Positions 26,534 through 32,275 of a stretch of DNA of 32,275 bases are shown here, in pieces. The position numbers were made by a program, and so were the translations under genes. The notes beneath the pieces were generated by a model. It worked only from the letters and a program-made list of their open reading frames with translations, was not told where the DNA came from and ran no database searches. Source of the stretch: a virus (Duplodnaviria; Caudoviricetes); IMG/VR virus record IMGVR_UViG_3300044580_000035, positions 1 to 32,275 of that record. One strand, written 5' to 3'. Numbering within the stretch: position 1 is the first letter of the stretch; the number at the start of each line of letters is the position of its first letter.

Positions 26534-26562
26534 AAAAAAAAGCCCCACCGTTGCGATGGGGC
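26534..26562 (-). terminator. Intrinsic terminator upstream of the lysis genes
   Basis: Minus strand GCCCCATCG-CAA-CGGTGGGGC then T8. Confidence 0.85.
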
Positions 26563-26632
26563 GAAGAAAGGAGGTATTATGTCGGATATTTTTTTCTGAC
26601 GTTATGCTTAAAACTTTACGCGTCATAGTTCC

Positions 26633-26661
26633 CGTATGAGAACCTAGGGGCGCAATGTCAA
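26633..26661 (-). promoter_or_regulatory. Candidate late promoter
   Basis: TTGACA at 26661-26656; weak -10 (CATACG) at 17-nt spacing. Confidence 0.35.
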
Positions 26662-26677
26662 ATAAATTTATTAAATC

Positions 26678-26950
26678 TCAAGATTTTGTTGGTTGAAGAT
26701 GTTGCAATCTTTCCATCGCCGCCTTAATGCACTTACCCTCACTAAGACCGCATCTGTTCCAGTCTTTATGATGTGCGCCGCGAATATAGCCCTCAAGTAT
26801 GCTTATAATTTCGGCATCTGGGAGTAGCCTTTCACCTATGCCTAGATATTTACCACCTTCGGATATGTTGCGTTTGAATCCAATATGCTCAATCCAATCG
26901 ATTTCTTTGTTATCCGTCCACTCCTTATCATAATCTGCAATTTTTATCAT
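26678..26950 (-). CDS. Hypothetical protein
   Basis: GGAGG SD, ATGA coupling. Confidence 0.65.
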   Translation of the reverse strand: MIKIADYDKEWTDNKEIDWIEHIGFKRNISEGGKYLGIGERLLPDAEIISILEGYIRGAHHKDWNRCGLSEGKCIKAAMERLQHLQPTKS

Positions 26951-27141
26951 TTAGCCTCCATATTATTGCCACATGTGTCGCAAATTGGTTCAGACACAAG
27001 CTGATATATTTTTATTAGCCTTGGACTTCCTTTAACCGCCACTGCTCTTGCTGCTCCGCTTTTATTTATAATGTCCACAAGCTCCAAGGCGTAGGACTTC
27101 AATCGTTGATATTTCCTTCTTGGCGGTAAATGCACAATCAT
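26947..27141 (-). CDS. Hypothetical protein with CxxC
   Basis: Coupled ORF, GAGGGG SD. Confidence 0.55.
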   Translation of the reverse strand: MIVHLPPRRKYQRLKSYALELVDIINKSGAARAVAVKGSPRLIKIYQLVSEPICDTCGNNMEAK

Positions 27142-27230
27142 CAATCACCCCTCTTGCCTATCGTGAACATGGCACAGGCGCCCCAGCCGACGATTGTACC
27201 GACAAAGCAACCGATAAAGAATGCGATCAT
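27141..27230 (-). CDS. 29-aa membrane peptide (MIAFFIGCFVGTIVGWGACAMFTIGKRGD), not in the ORF track
   Basis: Fills the gap exactly with overlapping start/stop codons at both ends. Confidence 0.6.
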   Translation of the reverse strand: MIAFFIGCFVGTIVGWGACAMFTIGKRGD

Positions 27231-27466
27231 CCTTTCCCCCTCTTTATTTTTTTGACCTTCGCATAGGTCTTTAAATCCAACTGTAATTGATTATACTCCT
27301 GATACGTCGGGCATGGTACTAAAAAATAGATTCCGTTCGGGGTTGACAGACGGCCTGATTTAATTATTTGATTCATTTCTCTGGTTGCATCTATTTTATA
27401 CGCTATATCTACGATTACCAACCCGATTATCAAGCCTGCAAGAAGACCTAGCATAAAATCTTTCAT
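27227..27466 (-). CDS. Hypothetical protein with N-terminal TM helix
   Basis: 79-aa ORF with hydrophobic N-terminus. Confidence 0.6.
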   Translation of the reverse strand: MKDFMLGLLAGLIIGLVIVDIAYKIDATREMNQIIKSGRLSTPNGIYFLVPCPTYQEYNQLQLDLKTYAKVKKIKRGKG

Positions 27467-27469
27467 CCC

Positions 27470-27784
27470 TCACCCCTTCTCGAACTTCCAGAAGTCTGAT
27501 ATTGATTTGATTTTCATCTTTTTGTCATTACGTTGGCAATCATATCCTTTTGCGCCCCAGTCGTCTTCAAAGATAAACCAGTCCATTGCATCCAGTTCTA
27601 TGCCGTAACGCTCGCATATGTGGTAACGGATCATTGTAAACAAGTCGGTAATAGAATCTATTATCGGCGAACTAAAAAGATCAAATCCTACAGATACCAA
27701 TGCATCGGTATTAGCATCAACTTTATCATGCAAATTCATAAACTCCGTCATGTCCTTGATAAACTGCTTCTTATCTTTATCCAT
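27470..27784 (-). CDS. Hypothetical phage protein
   Basis: Start moved to MDKDKK (AAGGAGGGG SD); 'DWFIFEDDWG' motif. Confidence 0.7.
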   Translation of the reverse strand: MDKDKKQFIKDMTEFMNLHDKVDANTDALVSVGFDLFSSPIIDSITDLFTMIRYHICERYGIELDAMDWFIFEDDWGAKGYDCQRNDKKMKIKSISDFWKFEKG

Positions 27785-27877
27785 AACCCCTCCTTTTTTG
27801 CTCAACTCACTGAGCATTTTTCCTTGCAATTCAGGAATCCCATTCCCGTTTTTCCTTGAAATTTCGAAGTTGAGCTT

Positions 27878-28285
27878 TCATTTTTCAATCTTATAAATTA
27901 TTATCGCCGATGGAAACGGTGCACTGTTTTTACTATCCCCAAACTTTAAACGCCCTTTAATGAATCGGATCTCGCTCGCCTTCATGATATAATTGTGCCA
28001 ATATTTTGTATCCGTGCGACTCGGAATAAGCATAACAACAGTTTTGCCCTTCAAGGCTTCTTCATATGATTTTTTGCACCATGCCGATATTTGAGAATAC
28101 GGCGGATTTACAAAGTTGCTCTGTCCCCATTCTATTGTTAAACCATCTACGTCAGGACTTGGATTTAAAGGGCAAGGGTCAAAATCAAAGCAGAACTCAG
28201 CATTAAGCCCATCATAAACGGCTTGCGGCGTTTTCCAATTATCCGACTGGCTCTTAAATAATACTCTGTTCATAATTTCAATCAT
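27878..28285 (-). CDS. Phage Dam-type DNA N6-adenine methyltransferase
   Basis: 'SDNWKTPQ..FDFDPC..FVNPPYS..VMLIPSRTDTKYWH..IRFIKGRLKFG..SAPFPS'. Confidence 0.93.
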   Translation of the reverse strand: MIEIMNRVLFKSQSDNWKTPQAVYDGLNAEFCFDFDPCPLNPSPDVDGLTIEWGQSNFVNPPYSQISAWCKKSYEEALKGKTVVMLIPSRTDTKYWHNYIMKASEIRFIKGRLKFGDSKNSAPFPSAIIIYKIEK

Positions 28286-28388
28286 GTATCTCCGGTATGC
28301 CGTTTTAGCGTCCGTCCATCCAATCGGGCGCACCCTTTTTGTCTCTTATCTGTACGCCCGTTTAAATCCAATGTAAATATGTTTTCGC

Positions 28389-28607
28389 TCATTCTTCTGC
28401 TTGTTTCGTTGTGGGTTCACTGAGGTTGGGTGCCAACCTTTCCATTCCCATCAGAAAATCATACACGCTGTCGGAATTATAGAAGCGTTTGGTTCTGGAT
28501 GCGGGGATGTACCTTAAGCCCCTTTGCCTTAATGCCGCCAACTGAATCTTGTTTACTTCTAATGCCTGACATAGTGTTTCCTCTGTTAGTAGATTTTCCA
28601 GCTTCAT
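28389..28607 (-). CDS. Small excisionase/MerR-like HTH protein
   Basis: 'LLTEETLCQALEV..LAALRQRGLRYI..RFYNSDSVYDFL'; AGGAG SD. Confidence 0.65.
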   Translation of the reverse strand: MKLENLLTEETLCQALEVNKIQLAALRQRGLRYIPASRTKRFYNSDSVYDFLMGMERLAPNLSEPTTKQAEE

Positions 28608-28959
28608 CTTTTATTCTCCTTTCGATATAAGTTAGTATTTGTACTACTATCAATCTCGTGTCTTCGCTGTAACTTGTTCCCTCTGGTAGAGCTATCCGAA
28701 TAGGCTCTATACCGCTGTAGCCTTTTAAGCCTGACAGATACTCTTCGTAGTCGGTCGGGCCAGAAATCAATTCAAACCTTTCAAGCTCATCAAGGAATGC
28801 TCGCTCAAGTATCGCATGGTCTGAACCCTCAAGACCCAAACCGACCATGAAATCAGCAAGGATGATTGCAAGCCGCTTTCTTGAATGTGCATCGGTTCTT
28901 CCCTGCCTGATTCCATAACCTTTAATAAGCTCGTTTAAATCTTCTTTTGTAACATTCAT
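28477..28959 (-). CDS. Hypothetical protein
   Basis: AAGGAGG SD; 3' end overlaps the next gene by 131 nt. Confidence 0.55.
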   Translation of the reverse strand: MNVTKEDLNELIKGYGIRQGRTDAHSRKRLAIILADFMVGLGLEGSDHAILERAFLDELERFELISGPTDYEEYLSGLKGYSGIEPIRIALPEGTSYSEDTRLIVVQILTYIERRIKDEAGKSTNRGNTMSGIRSKQDSVGGIKAKGLKVHPRIQNQTLL

Positions 28960-29014
28960 AAGCCCTCCTTATACGTCCGTTTCGTCTTGGTCATTTTAGA
29001 GCCTCCTATGTTTA

Positions 29015-29320
29015 TCATACATATGAGCCACACGCTCTACATTCCCGATGGTCTGGCTCTTTAACGCATTCGCCTGGAATATATGTATATATTGTCTCTA
29101 TCATATTCACGGGATGTGGGCACGGTCTGGCCCTTCTTCTTATTTGTTTATGGTGACATTTAAGATGCTCATAGAACACATGCGTAAAAAATTCATCCTC
29201 ATCTACAATGTATGATTTATTGTAATAACAAAATGATCCCTTCTTGATTGGCTTACGACAAAAGATACACTTGTGTTGTGTTCTACATATTATTTTCTTT
29301 TCAACACAGCTCTTGCTCAT
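29015..29320 (-). CDS. Cys/His-rich putative zinc-binding protein
   Basis: CxxC, HxxC, CxH and CxxC motifs; start MSKSC (GGAGG SD). Confidence 0.65.
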   Translation of the reverse strand: MSKSCVEKKIICRTQHKCIFCRKPIKKGSFCYYNKSYIVDEDEFFTHVFYEHLKCHHKQIRRRARPCPHPVNMIETIYTYIPGECVKEPDHRECRACGSYV

Positions 29321-29727
29321 TTTATCGCCTCCACGATTACTACGCAGCATTCAGTCTTATCCGTGTATAATTTAACGCACGAAACTTCAGCCACACATGA
29401 ATCATCGGGATAGGCTAATTTGTTCAGGCTATCGGCAATCGCCTTGATGATATTATCGGAATCGGGCTTGCCTATATGATGGAATGGGGCATCATCTTTT
29501 AGAACTGTTGTCCTTTTGCCCGTTCCATAATGCGACTTCGGGCGCATAAACTCTGCTGATATTAACAATCTGGCCGGCCCGTTTATCATTTCCCCTTTGG
29601 CTTGCATGAAGCATGTCTTGACTAAGTTCTCAAATTGCACGGTCTCTTTTGGTGTGTAACAATGCCCCTTCTTGGTCATGCGTGGTCTACCCTTGCCCCT
29701 AATGGCTGGTACGATAAAGCTAGTCAT
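29317..29727 (-). CDS. rusA: RusA-family Holliday junction resolvase
   Basis: 'GKGRPR..YTPKET..RPKSH..KPDSDNIIKAIADSLN..YPDDSCV..K.Y'. Confidence 0.92.
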   Translation of the reverse strand: MTSFIVPAIRGKGRPRMTKKGHCYTPKETVQFENLVKTCFMQAKGEMINGPARLLISAEFMRPKSHYGTGKRTTVLKDDAPFHHIGKPDSDNIIKAIADSLNKLAYPDDSCVAEVSCVKLYTDKTECCVVIVEAIK

Positions 29728-29750
29728 AATATCCCCCTATCGGCAAACGC

Positions 29751-29888
29751 TTACCCATTGTTGACCTCTAATTGCTCCATCTTCTTGCCCTTCTTCTTTT
29801 CGGGCGGCTGCTGTTTCTTGCCAACTGCACCACAATGAGGACACGGTGCATAGTCCGGTTGGAAATAAGGCGGCTCATTCCCTCCCAT
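29751..29888 (-). CDS. Possible 45-aa CPHC-containing peptide
   Basis: MGGNEPPYFQPDYAPCPHCGAVGKKQQ...; fills the gap. Confidence 0.35.
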   Translation of the reverse strand: MGGNEPPYFQPDYAPCPHCGAVGKKQQPPEKKKGKKMEQLEVNNG

Positions 29889-29901
29889 AACTCCGATTTT
29901 A

Positions 29902-30057
29902 TCATACTTTATGTCTTAACCACCTTGCTACCGTGCTAAAACTGACATCCAATCTATCACCAATCTCACGGCATGTTATGCCTGATTCCTTCATTGACCT
30001 CATCTTATGAATCAATGCAGGGTCAATCTTATTCCAGCTTGGCCGGTTGCCTTTCAT
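29902..30057 (-). CDS. 51-aa HTH protein, not in the ORF track
   Basis: MKGNRPSWNKIDPALIHKMRSMKESGITCREIGDRLDVSFSTVARWLRHKV; ATGA-coupled. Confidence 0.75.
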   Translation of the reverse strand: MKGNRPSWNKIDPALIHKMRSMKESGITCREIGDRLDVSFSTVARWLRHKV

Positions 30058-30644
30058 CTTAATCTTACTCCCGTCAAGGGATTATCCTGCATAATCTTTT
30101 TAACCGTGTCTATAGGCATATCTTTAAACATGGGTGAGCTATAACATTGTTCTAACCATTCATTTGTGTGATGAGGTTTATACGGTATTACGTTACCTCT
30201 GGATTTGGGGTCAGCAACAAACATTGAACCTTGTTCCCTATACGCCGTGTATATTCGGTTCTCGACTTGCAGATAGAACCCAGGGTATGACCTCGATTCA
30301 CCGTTGTAGCAGATGGCACAATGTCCACCGACAGGCTTATTATCTTTGATGTAATACACCGACCCGCAATAGCATCGAATACAGCCTCTCTCTTTACTCT
30401 CGGGCGGGTGTATCTTTTCATATTCAGCTCTGCGCTCCCGGCAAGCAGATATAAGCTGACCAAGTGCCGGAAAGGTTTTGTTATCTGATTCAAGGATTGA
30501 GTTGATTGCCTTCAGGACAATCTCGGTATCAAAATACTTTATCTTTTCGTACATAATATTAAGTTTATCGTCTGATATTCGATGATTATAGTATTTACCA
30601 AGCATATCCATAGCAGATGTGTATTGACTGGCATCACATAACAT
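30054..30644 (-). CDS. Putative helicase loader/inhibitor-like replication protein with CxxC motifs
   Basis: Follows the initiator; N-terminal helical domain ending 'KTFPALGQL'. Confidence 0.55.
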   Translation of the reverse strand: MLCDASQYTSAMDMLGKYYNHRISDDKLNIMYEKIKYFDTEIVLKAINSILESDNKTFPALGQLISACRERRAEYEKIHPPESKERGCIRCYCGSVYYIKDNKPVGGHCAICYNGESRSYPGFYLQVENRIYTAYREQGSMFVADPKSRGNVIPYKPHHTNEWLEQCYSSPMFKDMPIDTVKKIMQDNPLTGVRLR

Positions 30645-31389
30645 TTTCAGTTTCCTCCCTTAATTTTTGTCTTTCAATGAACCTTGCCGCAACAGCTTCA
30701 AAGCTATCCGATAAGTCAACCTCGTCTTCCCATCTGTGGCCGTTCAGCCATGTTGAAGCTAATGGTATATATTTAGTTTCCCTGTCTGCAAATATATTCT
30801 TATTTTGAGTTTCTAATATTTTTAGCAATGCATCGAGTTCGGGTCTTATACCGTTTAAATTATTCCATGCTTTTTGGGCTGCATCTTTACCTTCTTTTCT
30901 GGGATATATTTTCCAGAAACTTAAAAAATCATCAGTATATATTATTTTAGGTTTTTTAGATTTAGAAGAAGAAGAAGAAGAAGAAGAAGAAGGGGTCGGT
31001 TTTTGGTTAGGATTTTGGTTATCCAAATTATTTTTAGTTTTCATAAGATTAGGATTACCACCCAAACTTCCAACCTTATGTCTTATTTGACTTATTTCAG
31101 CAGACCTCACCATACGCCTATTTATTATGGTTGCACTTTGGTTAACCAAAACCTCTCCTGACGCAATACCTTTTTCAATCAAAATTTGTAAAATTTTAAT
31201 CGTTTTTTGTTCAGTTTTTCTCAGAATTCGTGACCATTCTTTGATGGGTTTTGTCATTTCACCGCACTTATCTGCCCACCATAAACGGCAACATATTCTT
31301 ATCCATGCTCCCTCAACTTCAAGGTCTTGATCGTCCAAATCCCTAGTCCAGTCAGAGGGATAAAATGGAAAAGATGGATTCTTGCCCAT
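30634..31389 (-). CDS. Phage replication initiator (YdaU/DUF1376-like N-terminus)
   Basis: 'PSFPFYPSDW..EVEGAWIRICC..NRRMVR', poly-Ser linker, 'FWKIYPRKEGK..A.KAW..ASTWLNGHRWEDE'. Confidence 0.85.
   Translation of the reverse strand: MGKNPSFPFYPSDWTRDLDDQDLEVEGAWIRICCRLWWADKCGEMTKPIKEWSRILRKTEQKTIKILQILIEKGIASGEVLVNQSATIINRRMVRSAEISQIRHKVGSLGGNPNLMKTKNNLDNQNPNQKPTPSSSSSSSSSKSKKPKIIYTDDFLSFWKIYPRKEGKDAAQKAWNNLNGIRPELDALLKILETQNKNIFADRETKYIPLASTWLNGHRWEDEVDLSDSFEAVAARFIERQKLREETENVM
30964..30991. repeat. (AGA/TCT)n trinucleotide run encoding poly-Ser
   Basis: agaagaagaagaagaagaagaagaagaa. Confidence 0.9.
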
Positions 31390-31391
31390 CC

Positions 31392-31613
31392 CTAAAAACC
31401 TGCCATATCGTCTTTTAATGATTGTAAAAATTCCTTGCAGGTCTTGTTATCAACTGTCGGACAATTAATAACAAAGTTTATGAGGAGTTGGGCATTATTC
31501 CTATTGGGAACTTCCTCATATTTTATCCATCGTCTAACGGTTTCCTGGTTGCGCTTAATACCATAGGAAACTTCCTGTATTCCAATTTGGTCTTCTATTA
31601 TTTTTCTCCACAT
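31392..31613 (-). CDS. Cro-like HTH regulator
   Basis: 'IGIQEVSYGIKRNQETVRRWIKYEEVP'; start moved to MWRK; first gene after the leftward promoter. Confidence 0.65.
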   Translation of the reverse strand: MWRKIIEDQIGIQEVSYGIKRNQETVRRWIKYEEVPNRNNAQLLINFVINCPTVDNKTCKEFLQSLKDDMAGF

Positions 31614-31619
31614 AAAAAA

Positions 31620-31648
31620 TGTATAATCCAAATAGGAATAAATGTCAA
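31620..31648 (-). promoter_or_regulatory. Leftward sigma70-type promoter
   Basis: TTGACA-17 nt-TATACA. Confidence 0.6.
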
Positions 31649-31672
31649 ATATATTTTTTAATATTTTTTTTG

Positions 31673-31701
31673 TTGACACCCATTTTATTATTTGATAGGA
31701 T
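31673..31701 (+). promoter_or_regulatory. Rightward sigma70-type promoter with extended -10
   Basis: TTGACA-17 nt-TAGGAT, with TG one base upstream of the -10. Confidence 0.7.
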
Positions 31702-31845
31702 GGGATTAATAAATCAGGGATGTAATTATGACTTGTCCGACAATGGCTGATATAACGTATGAAGAGTTCAAACAGGCGGCAAGCCGGATGATTGATGAAT
31801 CAGTAGCAAAAGCAAAATAGACCTCAAAGCGGTTGGAGGTGCAGC

Positions 31846-32025
31846 TTGAGCAAAAACACCGAAGGCAAACCGATAGCCACGTTAACCGTTAGGGGCGCGT
31901 GCGATCTTAACCCGAAAACCAGAAAAGCACTCGTAAGCTGGGTGCGCGAACAAGCGCAGACAATAGAGCTTCAAAATCACGAACTGGCAAAAACGTATTC
32001 AGCGCGCTTTTGGAGGTGCAAATGA
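31846..32025 (+). CDS. 59-aa hypothetical protein (TTG start), not in the ORF track
   Basis: GGAGGT SD; MSKNTEGKPIATLTVRG...FWRCK; ATGA overlap with the next ORF. Confidence 0.6.
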   Translation: MSKNTEGKPIATLTVRGACDLNPKTRKALVSWVREQAQTIELQNHELAKTYSARFWRCK

Positions 32026-32275
32026 GCGATTACGGTTGGGTAAAAAAACATGACGAATTATTATTGGCGGTTGGGCTGATACATGAAGCATTACAGTTGC
32101 TTGGAGATTCAGACGACCGTGAGGCAAAAAAAGAAGCGCGGAGATTGTTGCTTCAGGCGCTGCGGAAGGTGATGTCAATTCCACTACCGGTGAATAGTTA
32201 TGATAAGGGTTGCACAAGGGAAGGCGAACAGAATCACCGGGAGGTTGAGACGTGGCAATCCGTAGCGGAAATCGA
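32022..32275 (+). CDS. Partial hypothetical protein (MSDYGWVKKHDELLLAVG...)
   Basis: GGAGGT SD; open to the window edge. Confidence 0.6.
   Translation, partial: MSDYGWVKKHDELLLAVGLIHEALQLLGDSDDREAKKEARRLLLQALRKVMSIPLPVNSYDKGCTREGEQNHREVETWQSVAEI

Noticed and set aside
31999-32217. 72-aa minus-strand ORF
   Set aside because: Antisense to a plus-strand ORF with a strong SD and coupling

Overview
The window is about 32 kb of a tailed dsDNA phage or prophage of HK97/lambda-like siphovirus type, encoded almost entirely on the minus strand. Reading in transcription order (right to left) it holds a divergent promoter switch with a Cro-like HTH gene, replication initiator and loader, RusA, a Dam-type methylase, a lysis cassette with an M15 endolysin, an HNH gene with a candidate cos region, a ParB-methyltransferase, TerS/TerL, portal, protease, capsid, head-tail genes, two tandem tail-tube paralogues, a frameshifted tail chaperone, tape measure and tail-tip genes. 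The most striking content is an apparent nonulosonic (sialic-like) acid glycosylation system inside the late structural region. NeuB synthase, a PtmA-like SDR, NeuA CMP-synthetase and an FkbM methyltransferase sit between terL and portal. An intein-containing CstII/Maf-like sialyltransferase-fold gene follows the capsid gene and a Ser/Thr-rich decoration protein. Together these suggest the phage sialylates its own virion; this is inference. All family calls come from motif recognition by eye, and no database searches were run.
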